NCBI GenBank assembly: GCA_964404165.1
Contig: CAYOIZ010000018.1
Location: forward strand, 20,164 to 84,163
DNA length: 64,000 nucleotides
Direction of reading: 5' to 3'
Source: an uncultured Candidatus Binatia bacterium
GTDB lineage: Bacteria > Desulfobacterota > Binatia > DP-6
Notes under the pieces: generated by a model
What the model was told of the DNA's origin: nothing
The model's database searches: none
The model's input: only the letters and a program-made list of their open reading frames with translations
Program-made: the position numbers and the translations under genes
In this document: positions 20,245 through 33,100 of the stretch, one piece after another
How the letters are laid out: each line of letters opens with the position of its first letter
Position numbering within the stretch: the stretch's first letter is position 1

Positions 20245-21189
20245 TCAGCTCGAGAGCCCGAGCTTCTCCTTGCCCTCGGGGCTGATGCGCGCCGGATGCC
20301 ACGGCGGATCGAACACGACGTCGACGGTGACGTTCGGCTGGCCGAGCGCCGACACCTTCTTCTTCACGTCCTCGGGAATGGCCCGCGCCGAGGGACAGCC
20401 CTCGGACGTCAGCGTCATCTTGATGCCGATCGCCTGCTCGTCGATGTCGATGTCGTAGATGAGCCCGAGGTCGTACACGTTGAGCGGGATCTCCGGGTCG
20501 AAGCACTGGCGGATGGCGTCGACGACCTGCTGCTCCGTCAGCGCGCCGCCACGGACCGTGACGTTGGTGCCGGTCTTCGTCGGTACCGGCGGCGGCGGCG
20601 GGATCGACGCGTCCCGCTCCTTCGGTCCCGCCCAGGCATGCATGCCGCCGGCGAGGTTCAGGAGGCGCGTGAAGCCCTGGTCGGCGAGGATCTGACAGGC
20701 GGCCGTGCTGCGTCCACCGGCGGCGCAGGTGACGAGCATCACCGCGTCCTTCCGCGGCAGCTCCTTCAGGTGATCCTCGAGCTCGTCGAGCGGGATCAGG
20801 TGCGCGCGCGGGATGTGGCCGGCGTTGAACTCGGCCTCGGTGCGGACGTCGAGCACGAAGAGATCGGGCGTCTGCTCGTACAGCACGAGCGCGGGAGCCG
20901 GCTCGATGTCGCGATACGCGCGGCCCTGCGCGATGACGTCGACGGCGGGCGGCTCGCCCTGCACGACCTGGACGAGATGCGCGCGGGTGACGGCGAGGCC
21001 TCGCTCGAGCTCGCCGGCCTGCTCCTCCATCTCACGGCGGAGCTGGCGCATCTCGGCGAGCTTGGTTTCCACCTCGCGAACCCGCAGCCCGAGGCGCCAG
21101 ACCAGGACCACCAGAGCGACGACGACGAGGGTTCCCAGGACGAGCATCATGTGGCGGCGATCATACCGTTGACTCTCCCGGGTTGCCAT
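20245..21189 (-). CDS. membrane-anchored rhodanese domain protein fused to a DUF59 (MIP18/SufT-like) Fe-S assembly domain
   Basis: N-terminal TM helix LVLGTLVVVALVVLVW and a coiled coil. Rhodanese active-site loop CAAGGRS. C-terminal DUF59 signature LNVYDLGLIYDIDID ... LTSEGCPSA. SD-like aggat lies before ATG 21189. Confidence 0.7.
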   Translation of the reverse strand: MATRESQRYDRRHMMLVLGTLVVVALVVLVWRLGLRVREVETKLAEMRQLRREMEEQAGELERGLAVTRAHLVQVVQGEPPAVDVIAQGRAYRDIEPAPALVLYEQTPDLFVLDVRTEAEFNAGHIPRAHLIPLDELEDHLKELPRKDAVMLVTCAAGGRSTAACQILADQGFTRLLNLAGGMHAWAGPKERDASIPPPPPVPTKTGTNVTVRGGALTEQQVVDAIRQCFDPEIPLNVYDLGLIYDIDIDEQAIGIKMTLTSEGCPSARAIPEDVKKKVSALGQPNVTVDVVFDPPWHPARISPEGKEKLGLSS

Positions 21190-21204
21190 GAGCGATCCTG
21201 GGTC

Positions 21205-22191
21205 ATGCGCGCCATCGTGATCCGCGAGCCCGGGGACGAGTCGGTCCTCACCCTGGGCGACGCCCCCGCCCCCGTCATGGGCCCCGCCGATCTCCGCATC
21301 CGCGTCCGCACCACGGCCGTGAACCGGGCGGATCTCCTACAGCGACAAGGCTTCTACCCGCCGCCCCCCGGCGCCTCCCCGCTCCTCGGTCTCGAGTGCG
21401 CCGGCGAGGTCGCCGAGATGGGCGCCGAGGTCCACGGCTTCCGCATCGGCCAGCGCGTGATGGCGCTGCTCGCCGGCGGCGGCTACGCGGACGAGGTCAC
21501 CGTGCACCACGGCTCGGTGCTCCCGGTGCCCGATGCCATGAGCGACGAGGAGGCGGGCGCGTTTCCCGAGGTCTTCCTCACCGCCTTCTCGAACCTGTTC
21601 ATGCCCGGCCTCGGCGCCCTCGCACCGGGCGAGCGCGTGCTCGTGCACGGCGGTGGCGGCGGCGTCGGCACGGCGTCGATCGCGCTGCTGCGCGAGGCGG
21701 GCCACGCGGTGTACGTCACCGTGGGCGCGGCCGACAAGGCACGACGGTGCGTCGAGCTGGGAGCGACGGCGGCCATCGACTATCGCACCGAGGACTTCGC
21801 CGCGCGCATCCGCGAGCTCACCGACGGCGGCGGCGTGCACGTCGTCCTCGACCACATCGGCGCGCGCTACCTCGTGAAGAACCTCGACGTGCTCGCCATC
21901 GGCGGCCGCCTCGTCGAGATCGGGCTCATGGGCGGCGCGCAGGGCGAGGTGAACCTCGGCCTCATGTTGCTGCGACGCCTGTCGATCATCGGCTCGACGC
22001 TCCGCACCCGCAGCGTCGAGGAGAAGGCGGCCATCGTGCGCGGGCTCCGCGAGCGCTTCGGCCACTCGCTGGCGGCCGGTCGCCTGCGACCGATCGTCGA
22101 CGTCGTCCTGCCGCTCGGCGACGCCGCCGAGGCGCATCGTCGCATGAAGGCAAGCACGCACTTCGGCAAGATCGTCCTGCGCGTGGCGTAG
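21205..22191 (+). CDS. NAD(P)H:quinone oxidoreductase (zinc-independent MDR family, Qor/PIG3-like)
   Basis: MRAIVIREPGDESVLTLGD ... GLECAGEV ... VLVHGGGGGVGTASIALL. The C-terminal 328 codons of a 631-aa ORF. Confidence 0.85.
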   Translation: MRAIVIREPGDESVLTLGDAPAPVMGPADLRIRVRTTAVNRADLLQRQGFYPPPPGASPLLGLECAGEVAEMGAEVHGFRIGQRVMALLAGGGYADEVTVHHGSVLPVPDAMSDEEAGAFPEVFLTAFSNLFMPGLGALAPGERVLVHGGGGGVGTASIALLREAGHAVYVTVGAADKARRCVELGATAAIDYRTEDFAARIRELTDGGGVHVVLDHIGARYLVKNLDVLAIGGRLVEIGLMGGAQGEVNLGLMLLRRLSIIGSTLRTRSVEEKAAIVRGLRERFGHSLAAGRLRPIVDVVLPLGDAAEAHRRMKASTHFGKIVLRVA

Positions 22192-22236
22192 CGATCCGTC
22201 GCGCGCCCGCGCTATACCCGCCGCGGAGGAACCACG

Positions 22237-22614
22237 ATGGCCGATCAGCAGGACTACATGGCGCGCGGGATCGAGGTCGCGGGCAAGCTCTGGGGCGCCC
22301 GGGCGGGCGGACAGGAGCTGCCGGCACAGAAGCTCGCCCCCGAGTTCTTCGGGCTGGTGGCGCAGTTCGTCTTCGGCATGTTCTGGTCGCGGCCGAACCT
22401 CGACATCCGCAGCCGGAGCCTCTGCACCGTCGCGCAGCTCGCCGCCCTCGGCAAGACCGACGAGCTGCGCGCGCACCTCGCCGGCGCGCTCAACCTCGGC
22501 ATCACCCGCGAGGAGCTGATCGAGGTGCTGATGCAGACGGCCTGCTACGCCGGCGTGCCCGCCGCGGTGCAGGCGCTCAACGCTGCGGCCGACGTGCTGC
22601 AGCCGCGCACCTGA
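22237..22614 (+). CDS. carboxymuconolactone decarboxylase (CMD/AhpD-like) family protein
   Basis: FVFGMFWSRPNLDIRSRSLCTVAQLAALGK ... EELIEVLMQTACYAGVPA. CMD fold signature. Confidence 0.8.
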   Translation: MADQQDYMARGIEVAGKLWGARAGGQELPAQKLAPEFFGLVAQFVFGMFWSRPNLDIRSRSLCTVAQLAALGKTDELRAHLAGALNLGITREELIEVLMQTACYAGVPAAVQALNAAADVLQPRT

Positions 22615-23535
22615 GTGTATCGCGGCCGCTTCGCCCCCTCGCCCACCGGCGATCTCCACCTGGGCTCCGCCGCCACCGCTTTGGTGGCGTGGCTCTCCGC
22701 CCGCGCTGCCGGCGGCACGCTCGTCCTGCGGGTGGAGGACATCGACGGCCCGCGCCTCACGGCCGGCAGCGAGGCGCGCCAGCTCGACGACCTGCGCTGG
22801 CTCGGTCTCGACTGGGACGAGGGCCCGGACGTCGGCGGGCCCGTCGGTCCCTATCGGCAGTCCGAGCGTGGCGATCGCTACCGCGACGCGCTGGCCGCGC
22901 TCGCGGCCCGGGGGCTCACCTACTACTGCGACTGCTCGCGCGCCGAGATCGCCCGCATCGCGAGCGCGCCCCACGTCGGCGACGACGGCCCGCGCTACCC
23001 CGGCACGTGCCGTCCACACGGCATGACGACGCGCCCCTGGAAGCGTCCGCCGGCGATCCGCCTGGCCGTTCCCGCCGGCGAGATCGTCGTCCACGACGCC
23101 CTCGCCGGCACCGTGCGACAGGACGTGGCCGCCGCCGTCGGCGACGTCGTCCTGCGACGCGGCGACGGCCTGTGGGCCTATCAGCTCGCCGTCGTCGTGG
23201 ACGATCTGGCGATGGGCGTCACCGAGGTCGTGCGCGGCATCGACCTGCTCGGCTCCGCCCCACGCCAGGTGCTGCTCGCCGGCCTGCTGGGCGGCGCCGC
23301 CCCCGGATTCGGGCACGTGCCGCTCGTGGTCGCGGCCGACGGTACGCGCCTCGCGAAACGCGCGCCGGGCGTCACGCTGCGCGACCTGCGCGCGCAGGGC
23401 CGGTCGCCCGCGGACGTGCTGGCGATCCTGACGCGGACGCTCGGCCTGCCGGACGCCACGACACCGGCGGCGCTGCTCGCCACAGCCGACCGTCGCATCC
23501 TCGCCGGCCGCACGAGCGCGCCGCTCCCGCGCTGA
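22615..23535 (+). CDS. gluQ: glutamyl-Q tRNA(Asp) synthetase
   Basis: RFAPSPTGDLHLGSAATA (HIGH-like class I motif), the Zn-binding CDCSR and the short GluQ-RS architecture (about 300 aa, no anticodon-binding domain). GTG start sits directly after the CMD stop. Confidence 0.85.
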   Translation: MYRGRFAPSPTGDLHLGSAATALVAWLSARAAGGTLVLRVEDIDGPRLTAGSEARQLDDLRWLGLDWDEGPDVGGPVGPYRQSERGDRYRDALAALAARGLTYYCDCSRAEIARIASAPHVGDDGPRYPGTCRPHGMTTRPWKRPPAIRLAVPAGEIVVHDALAGTVRQDVAAAVGDVVLRRGDGLWAYQLAVVVDDLAMGVTEVVRGIDLLGSAPRQVLLAGLLGGAAPGFGHVPLVVAADGTRLAKRAPGVTLRDLRAQGRSPADVLAILTRTLGLPDATTPAALLATADRRILAGRTSAPLPR

Positions 23536-23536
23536 C

Positions 23537-24211
23537 TCACTTCGCCGGCGAACGACCGAGGAATCGGCGCCCGAACACGACGCCCGCGCCGACGAAGACG
23601 ACGACGCCCAGCACCGGCAGCAGGACGCCGGGCGAGAGCAGATCGGCGGTCGAGCCGGCCTCGGTGATCATGTCGGCGAGGTAGCTCGTCATCGCGAGGC
23701 CGGGGAGGATGCCGAGCGCCGTGCCCACCATGTATCGCCACATCGGCACGCGCGACGCTCCCAGTGCCCAGTTGAGCGGCGGCGACAGGAACAGCAGCAG
23801 CCGCAGCACCGCGACCGTGCGCACCCCCTGGTGGGCGAGCCGGTCGTCGAGCGCGCGCAGGCTCGGAAAGCGATCGCGCATCGCCTGCTGCATGTAGTCC
23901 TGCGCCGTGTAGCGGACGATCGCGAACGTCACCGTCGTCCCGATCATCGAGGCGAGAAAGGCGTAGACGAAGCCGGCGACGGGCCCGAACAGCACCGCGC
24001 CGAGCGCCGCGAAGAGGATCTCCGGACCCGGGATGAAGAAGCCGGCGACGAAGACGCCGATGAAGACGAGCGGCCCGAACGGCCCCCAGGCCTCGACGAG
24101 CCCGCGCATGCCCTCGACGCTCGCATACGCGCCGAAGTCGACGTGACGGGCGATCAACACCAGCGCCGCCACCGCGACGGCGATCGACGCGCCTCGCAGG
24201 AGTCGCGACAT
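23537..24211 (-). CDS. TVP38/TMEM64 (DedA-like) family membrane protein
   Basis: Multi-TM protein with the FIPGPEILFAALGAVLFGPVAG(F)VYAFLAS motif typical of the SNARE-associated/DedA family. Confidence 0.8.
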   Translation of the reverse strand: MSRLLRGASIAVAVAALVLIARHVDFGAYASVEGMRGLVEAWGPFGPLVFIGVFVAGFFIPGPEILFAALGAVLFGPVAGFVYAFLASMIGTTVTFAIVRYTAQDYMQQAMRDRFPSLRALDDRLAHQGVRTVAVLRLLLFLSPPLNWALGASRVPMWRYMVGTALGILPGLAMTSYLADMITEAGSTADLLSPGVLLPVLGVVVFVGAGVVFGRRFLGRSPAK

Positions 24212-24226
24212 GGCGACGTGCGCCCG

Positions 24227-25132
24227 TCAGCTCCGCGGCGGTGGCAGGGTGAGCCGCACGCCCGACTGGCGCTCGATGAGCTCGACGAGGTCGGTGAAGT
24301 CGCGCTCGCCGAGGCCCGCGCCGACCGCCGCCACCAACGTCTGCGCGACCTGCGCCGCCACCGGGGTCGGCACGCCGTGCTCGCGCGCCAGGTCGACGAG
24401 GAGCCCCGCGTCCTTCGCCGCGAGGCCGAGCGCGAACATCGGCGGGCGGCCGCGCTCGTTGATGCCCTCGACCATGCGATCGGTGTAGATGTTGCCGGCA
24501 CCGCCGGTGCGGATGACGTCGATCATGGTGCGCAGGTCGATGCCGGCCCTGGCCGCCACCGCGAGCCCCTCGAGCGACGCCCAGGTGGCGCTGAACGCCA
24601 TCAGGCTGTTCACGAGCTTCGCCGTGTTGCCGCTCCCGAGCGGGCCCATGTGGAACGTGGCGCGGCCGAGCTTGTCGAGGAGCGGACGCACGCGCGCCAC
24701 CACCGCGTCGTCGCCGCCCACCATGAAGACCAGCATGCGCGCCTGCGCACCCGGCGCACCGCCCGTGAGCGGCGCCTCGACGAGATGCCGTCCGGCGGCC
24801 GCGACGCGGGCGCCGACGGCCTGCACCATCGCCGGCGCGTTGGTGCTGAGATCGACGAGGACGGCGTCGGGCGCCGCACCCGACAGCCACGCCGTGGTGA
24901 CCGCGTCCATCACCGCGGGCGTCGGCAGCGACGTGAACGTGATCTCGCTGCGCTGGCCGACCTCCGCCGGCGAGTGCGCCGCGCGCGCGCCGACGCCCAC
25001 GAGGGGCTTCAGCCGATCGGCGACCGTGTCGTAGACGCTGACGTGATGCCCGTCGGCCACCAGGTTGGCGGCAATGGCGCCGCCGATGTTGCCGGTGCCG
25101 ATGACGCCAACCCTGGTGGCCGCCGTGCTCAC
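24227..25132 (-). CDS. NAD(P)-dependent oxidoreductase, 3-hydroxyisobutyrate dehydrogenase (MmsB/GarR) family
   Basis: [18 protein letters not shown] Rossmann motif, then [18 protein letters not shown] and [17 protein letters not shown] start at 25132 overlaps the stop of the upstream SDR (GTGA). The 129-codon N-terminal extension in the track is rejected. Confidence 0.8.
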   Translation of the reverse strand: MSTAATRVGVIGTGNIGGAIAANLVADGHHVSVYDTVADRLKPLVGVGARAAHSPAEVGQRSEITFTSLPTPAVMDAVTTAWLSGAAPDAVLVDLSTNAPAMVQAVGARVAAAGRHLVEAPLTGGAPGAQARMLVFMVGGDDAVVARVRPLLDKLGRATFHMGPLGSGNTAKLVNSLMAFSATWASLEGLAVAARAGIDLRTMIDVIRTGGAGNIYTDRMVEGINERGRPPMFALGLAAKDAGLLVDLAREHGVPTPVAAQVAQTLVAAVGAGLGERDFTDLVELIERQSGVRLTLPPPRS

Positions 25133-25896
25133 TTGGGGGCCATCCGGATGGCGCCGTCGAGGCGGATCGTCTCGCCGTTCAGCATGACGTTCTCGGCCAT
25201 GTGCTTCACGAGCGCCGCGAACTCGCTCGGCCGGCCGAGGCGCGACGGGAAGGGGATCTGCTTGCCGAGCGCCTGGCGGATCGCCTCCGGCGCCATCGCC
25301 AGCATCGGGGTGTCGAAGGTGCCGGGCGCGATGGTGAGGACCCGGATGCCGATCGACGCCAGGTCGCGCGCGATGGGCAGCGTCATGCCGACGATGCCGC
25401 CCTTCGACGCCGAGTAGGCCGCCTGGCCGATCTGGCCGTCGAACGCCGCCACCGAGGCGGTGTTGACGATGAGGCCGCGCTCGCCCTCCTCGTTCGGCGT
25501 GTTCTTCGACATCTGCCACGCGGCGAGGCGGATGACGTTGAAGGTGCCGATCAGGTTCACCTCGATGGCCTTGGCGAACATGTCGAGCGGATGCGCGCCG
25601 TCGCGCGTGATCGTCCGCATCGCCATGCCGACGCCGGCGCAGTTCACCGCGATGTGCACGGTGCCGAACTGCTTCACCGTCGCGGCGATGGCGGCCTCGA
25701 CCTGCTCCGCGCTGGTCACGTCGGCCGCCGTGAAGGCGACGTTCGCCCCCAGCTCCTTCGCCACCTGCGGACCGGGCGAGTTGTCGCGGTCGAGGATCAT
25801 CACTTTGCCGCCGGCGCCCGCGAGGGTCCGGGTGGTCGCCTCACCCAGACCGGAGGCGCCACCGGTCACGATTGCCACCGTTTCTGCGATCTTCAT
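25129..25896 (-). CDS. SDR oxidoreductase, 3-hydroxyacyl-CoA dehydrogenase type-2 (HSD17B10/FadB2x-like)
   Basis: [19 protein letters not shown] ... NCAGVG ... [19 protein letters not shown]. Strong full-length similarity pattern to HSD10-type SDRs. Confidence 0.85.
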   Translation of the reverse strand: MKIAETVAIVTGGASGLGEATTRTLAGAGGKVMILDRDNSPGPQVAKELGANVAFTAADVTSAEQVEAAIAATVKQFGTVHIAVNCAGVGMAMRTITRDGAHPLDMFAKAIEVNLIGTFNVIRLAAWQMSKNTPNEEGERGLIVNTASVAAFDGQIGQAAYSASKGGIVGMTLPIARDLASIGIRVLTIAPGTFDTPMLAMAPEAIRQALGKQIPFPSRLGRPSEFAALVKHMAENVMLNGETIRLDGAIRMAPK

Positions 25897-25968
25897 GGGC
25901 CGGGTTCATAGCGTCCGACGCCCGGCAGTGCCAGACGCGCTTGCACCGCCTCGCGGGGCCGCGACACA

Positions 25969-27003
25969 GTGGCCGGAATGCATCTCGACGCCCACGGCCA
26001 CCCCCTGCACTCGCGCGCCCTGTCGATCACCCTGACCCAGCGCGACGACGGCCGCCTCGACGTCGCCGGCTCGCTGCTCGATCTGCGCAAGCGCGGCTTC
26101 GTGCCGGTGGGGGGCGACCTGCAGCCGTCCGGGATCGTGCACCACATGCTGCTCGACGGCATCGTCGACCCGGCCACCGCCGTCCTCGATACCCTCGCCA
26201 CGCGCCAGCCGGCCGTCGCCTTCGAGGCGAGCGCCCTCACCCGCGGGGAGAGCTGCCGCGACCTGGGGGCGCGCGTCGGCGGGCTCGCCGGCACGCCCCT
26301 CGACGCCGCCTTCGCACGCCGGCTGAGCGACGAGATCGGCGGGCCGCGCGGGTGCTCGCACGTGCTCACGCTGGCCCAGCTCCTCGGCTCGTCGGTGGCG
26401 TGGGCGCTGGCGCGCGATCACGCGCTGCATGGCGCGACGCCGGCGCGGCCGGCGGGACAGCGCGTCTTCCGCCGCGACGTCGTGGTCGACGGCATCGAGG
26501 CGCTCGACGGGACGCTGCTGCTGGCGCTCCAGCTGACCGACGTCCACGCCGCACCGACGCCCGAGCCGGCGCGGCCCATGGATCGCTTCGCCGGCTGCCT
26601 CGAGGTGCGCGCCCTCGGCCGGGTCGACATGGGCGCCTACGCGCTCGACGGCGTCCGCGTCGGCGAGCGCCGTCGCTGGGGTCGGGATCTCGAGGCACCG
26701 TGGGTCGATCGCCCCGACGTCGCCGCCGTCGCCGACGGCCTCTCGCTCGCGCGCGGCGTGAGCCAGACCCTGATGGCGCGCCTGGGCGGCACGCCCGACG
26801 ACCAGCCCCTCGTCGACGCACTCCTCATGCTGGCCCCCACGCTGATCCAGGTGTTCGCCGCGATGTCCGACGCCTGGCCCGGCCTGGCCCGCGACGCGGG
26901 CTGGATGGTGGGGATGGGTGGCCGCGCCGATTCGTGCTGGATGTGGCGCCGCGGCGGCGCACTGGCCGATGCCCGCACGCCCGAGGATCCAACGTTCGGC
27001 TGA
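25969..27003 (+). CDS. hypothetical protein
   Basis: Non-repetitive 344-aa ORF with conserved-looking His/Cys positions (HGHPLHSRALS ..., GCSHVLTLAQLLG). The opposite-strand ORF is low-complexity. No confident family. Confidence 0.45.
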   Translation: MAGMHLDAHGHPLHSRALSITLTQRDDGRLDVAGSLLDLRKRGFVPVGGDLQPSGIVHHMLLDGIVDPATAVLDTLATRQPAVAFEASALTRGESCRDLGARVGGLAGTPLDAAFARRLSDEIGGPRGCSHVLTLAQLLGSSVAWALARDHALHGATPARPAGQRVFRRDVVVDGIEALDGTLLLALQLTDVHAAPTPEPARPMDRFAGCLEVRALGRVDMGAYALDGVRVGERRRWGRDLEAPWVDRPDVAAVADGLSLARGVSQTLMARLGGTPDDQPLVDALLMLAPTLIQVFAAMSDAWPGLARDAGWMVGMGGRADSCWMWRRGGALADARTPEDPTFG

Positions 27004-27048
27004 GGACAGCGTTGCTGGAGCCGGCGAATCCCGCTTAAATCGACCCAC

Positions 27049-27371
27049 ATGGCGGAACGCGACGAGGAGGGGTCGGTCAAGGTCGTCGAGAAGACCAAGA
27101 CCGTCGAGCAGCTGAAGCGCCCCAAGCGCTACAAGGTGCTCCTCCACAACGACGACTACACCACCATGGAGTTCGTCGTCTGGATCCTCCAGGCGGTCTT
27201 CCACCACGACGAGACCACCGCCCTCGAGGTCATGCTGCACGTCCATCGCAACGGCATGGGCGTCGCCGGCGTGTACGCCCGCGAGGTCGCCGAAACCCGC
27301 GTCGCCCAGGTCGACGCCCTGGCCCGCGAGCACGAGTTCCCGCTCCGCACCAGCATCGAGGAGGACGACTG

Positions 27372-27372
<1 letters not shown>
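27049..27372 (+). CDS. clpS: ATP-dependent Clp protease adaptor
   Basis: [54 protein letters not shown]. Canonical ClpS. Confidence 0.9.
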
Positions 27373-29672
<2,300 letters not shown>

Positions 29673-29680
29673 GCCCTCGG

Positions 29681-30196
29681 GTGCGCTGGCAGGACGGGGA
29701 CGCGTGGTACGGGCTCGCCGGCGGTGCGGTGCGCGCCGGCCGCCCGCAGCTCTCCCGCGTCCTGCCGCGCCTGCTGATCGGCGAGTACCCGAATCCGGAC
29801 GACCTGGCCTGGCTGCGCGACACCCACGGCGTGAGCGCCGTGCTGAGCCTGCAGGACGAGGCCGATCTCGCCAGCAAGCGGCTGCGCGTACCGGCGCTGG
29901 TACGCGCGTGCGTCACCGCCGGGATGACGTTGCATCGCGAGCCCATCCCCGACGGCGAGTCGGAGGTCCTGGCGCGACGCCTGCCCGGCGTCGTGGCCGT
30001 GTTGCGCGGCCTGCTCGACGCCGGCGCGTGCGTCTACCTGCACTGCAACGCGGGCTACAACCGCGCGCCCACCGTCGCCATCGCCTACGTGCATCGTCAC
30101 CACGGTCTCGCGCTCGACGACGCCACCGCGTTCGTCAAGGCGCGCCGCTCGTGCGTGCCGTACGTGAGCGCCCTGCGCGCCTGCTACACGGCCTGA
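29681..30196 (+). CDS. dual-specificity/protein-tyrosine phosphatase-like protein
   Basis: CX5R P-loop in VYLHCNAGYNRAPTVA. GTG start. The stop abuts the stop of the convergent giant glycosyltransferase (tgatca). Confidence 0.75.
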   Translation: MRWQDGDAWYGLAGGAVRAGRPQLSRVLPRLLIGEYPNPDDLAWLRDTHGVSAVLSLQDEADLASKRLRVPALVRACVTAGMTLHREPIPDGESEVLARRLPGVVAVLRGLLDAGACVYLHCNAGYNRAPTVAIAYVHRHHGLALDDATAFVKARRSCVPYVSALRACYTA

Positions 30197-33100
30197 TCAG
30201 CGCTCGGCGGGCGCGCAGAGCCGGAACTCGGCGAGCTCGACGGTGCCGGCGGCGTTGATCGGGTCGAAGCGCAGATGGCGGATCTCGTCGCCGTCGTCCC
30301 ACGTCGCACGCCGATCGCTCTGGTCGATCATGACGGCGTACTCGCGCCAGCCGCCGTCGCCGTTCGCGAGCGGGATCACGAGGCTCTTGTCCTCGGTGAA
30401 GGGCTCGCCCGTGCGATGTGCCCAGTAGACCTGGGCGTGGGTCGCACCCGGCGCCTCGTAGCGCATCGCGAAACGGATCACGCGCACGTCGCTCGACCGG
30501 AAGGGCGCGACCTCGAGCACGAACGACGGGTCGGCGTGCAGCGCGCGGTACGTCACGCGCCCGCCACCGGTGCGCACCAGCTCGAGGCCGTCGGGCTTCG
30601 CCTGCGACGCGCCGAACCGCAGCGCGCGCACCGTGCGCCACCAGCGCGCGACCACCTGCTCGCGCGCCCATCGTCGCAGCGGCTCGGGCACGAGGTGCGC
30701 CACGTGGAGGTAATACTGGTACCAGCGCCGGTGGTAGTGCGGCAGCGTCGGTGCGGTGACCTCGGGCGGCAGCACGACGGGGGGCGTGGCGGCGGCGTGC
30801 AGTGCCGCGAGCCGACGGCGCGCCGCGAGGTCGAGCGGCGCGAGCGCCGGCGCGCGGTCGAGGAGCTCGGTGTAGATCGGCCGGTAGGCGTCCGCCATCT
30901 CGGCGAGCGAGCGATGTCGGAAGCGTTGCGCCGCCGCCGCGAACGCCTCCAGCTCCTCGGGATGTGCCAGCAACCGCTCGAGCGCCGTCACCGCCTCGTC
31001 GACGGTGCGGACGACGACCCCGACGCCGTCCGCACGCACGCGCTCGGGCAGCGCCCCCTGATCGGACACCACCACCGGCACGCCGGCCACGAGCGCCTCC
31101 GACAGCGTGTACGAGAACGTCTCCGGCCACGGCGGCAGGAAGACGACGAGATCGATCTCGGCCGCGGCCAGCCGCTCGAAGATCGCGTCACGCGGGTACC
31201 AGCCGTGCAGCACGAGGCGCGAGCGCAGCCCGATCCCCCGCAGCGCGTCCGCGTAGCCGAAGCGCTCCGCCTCGCCGAAGACGTGCCACGCGATGGGGAG
31301 GTCCCGGGTGCGCTCCATGAGCGGCAGGTAGTTGCGCGACCCCTTGATCGGATAGGCCACCTCGCCGAGCAGCGCCACGTTCAACGGACGCCGCCGCGCC
31401 TGCGGCCGCGCCCGGCGCGACGGCTCGAGGTAGCCGTGCGGGATGACCATCGCACGCGGCGGCGCGATCGGCTGGAAGCGCGTGACGATGTCGCGGGTGC
31501 GCATGGCCGGGAAGAACACGCGGTCCGCACCGTCGAAGAGCCCGCGGAACTCGGCGCGATGCCGCGCCAGGTACGCCGCCGGATCGGCGGGCGGCTCGAT
31601 GCCGAAGGTGCGGAACGTGTTCTCGAGACACGCCGTGCAGTCGCCCTCGGCCTCGAGACAGCAGAGGCGGTCGGCGGCGACGTCGAACAGGTTGACGTTC
31701 GGGCTGACGGGATAGAAGTCCTGGAACGTCGCCACGTACGGAATCCCGAGCTCCGCCAGGATACGCCATGCCCGCACCGGCCAGTTGCAGAGCTGGTGGA
31801 GGTGCGCGGCGCCGATGCCGAACAGCGCCACGATCGTCCGCAGCGCCTCCTCCATCTCCGGGCGCTCCAGCATGAACCGCACCGGGGCGTCCGTGAGCGG
31901 AATCCGATAGCGCACCGCCTCGTCGAGCCGACCGTCGAACACCTCGGTGAGGTGGATGCCGTCGGGGGCCGGCGCCGCCACCACGACGCGCGGCAGCCGC
32001 GCGCCCTGGACGAGATCGCGAACGTGGTGCTCGGTGCCGCCACCCGGCACGTCGAACGACGAATGCAGCAGGCAGAGGAGCGCGGGCACGTCGGTGGCGC
32101 GACGATGCAGCGCGAGCTGGAGGTTCGCCTGCACCGGCGCCAGCGGGTTCTCCTCGATGAAGCGGGCGACGCGCGGGAAGTAGTCCGGATGGAGCTCGCG
32201 CAGTGTCTCGGCGTGCTCGCGCGTCAGCAGCGCGGCGGCCTCGCCGAACGACGCGCCCCCGGCGTGCCAGACGTACACGTCGTCGGCGACCACGCTCGGG
32301 AACCCGGCGGCGCGCGCCCGTTCGCACAGATCGTTCTCCTCGCCGAAGCCGCGCCCGAAGTGCGTCTGGTCGAAGAGCCCCACCGTCTCCAGCACCGCGG
32401 CCGGCAGGTACATGCAGAAGCCGTGCGCCGTCGGCAGCACCGTCCGGCGCCGCAGGCTCGTGCGCGACACCAGCGCCGCGAACTCGTCCAGGGAGAACCC
32501 CCGCGGCAACGGATTGTCGGCACAGAACTCGGGGACGCTCAGGATGGTGGCGTTGTTCGACAACGGCGAGGCGATGGCCGGACCGTCGCCCGCATACGCC
32601 GCCGCCTGCAGGCCGGCGAGGAATCCCTCGCTGACGATCGTGTCGCTGTTGAGCAGCAGGACGTCACGCCCGCCGGCCTCGCGCATGCCGTGGTTGGCGG
32701 TGCCGACGAAGCCCTGGTTCTCGTCGTTGCGGAGCAGCCGCACGCGCGGCTCGCGCCGCGCCAGCTCGTCGAGCCAGGCGGTGAGCGTCGCGTCGGTGCT
32801 GGCGTCGTCGACCGGCACCAGGCGCCAGTCGCCGCGCGCGTGCCGCAGGACGCTCTCGAGGCAGGCGATGACGTCGGTACGCGCGTTGAAGATCGGCACC
32901 ACGATGTCGACGGGACGCGCCACCCGCGGCTCGCCGTCGCGGTCCCCCGCCGGTCGCCGCAGCAGGGTCGCTCCCGGTGCGCGCTCGACGACGTCGAAGC
33001 CCGCGACCTCGGCCTGTGCGGCGGCGTCGCCGACGACGAGGAGCGCGCCCCCCGGTCGGACGAGGCGCGGCGTCGCCGTCGTCGCGACGACGAAATCGCA

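Noticed and set aside
21337-24890. ORFs 21337-23316 (-), 21396-23684 (+), 23181-24890 (-), 23831-25417 (+)
   Set aside because: These overlap qor, CMD, gluQ, DedA and the HIBDH-like genes in other frames. Translations are Arg/Gly/Pro-rich without motifs.
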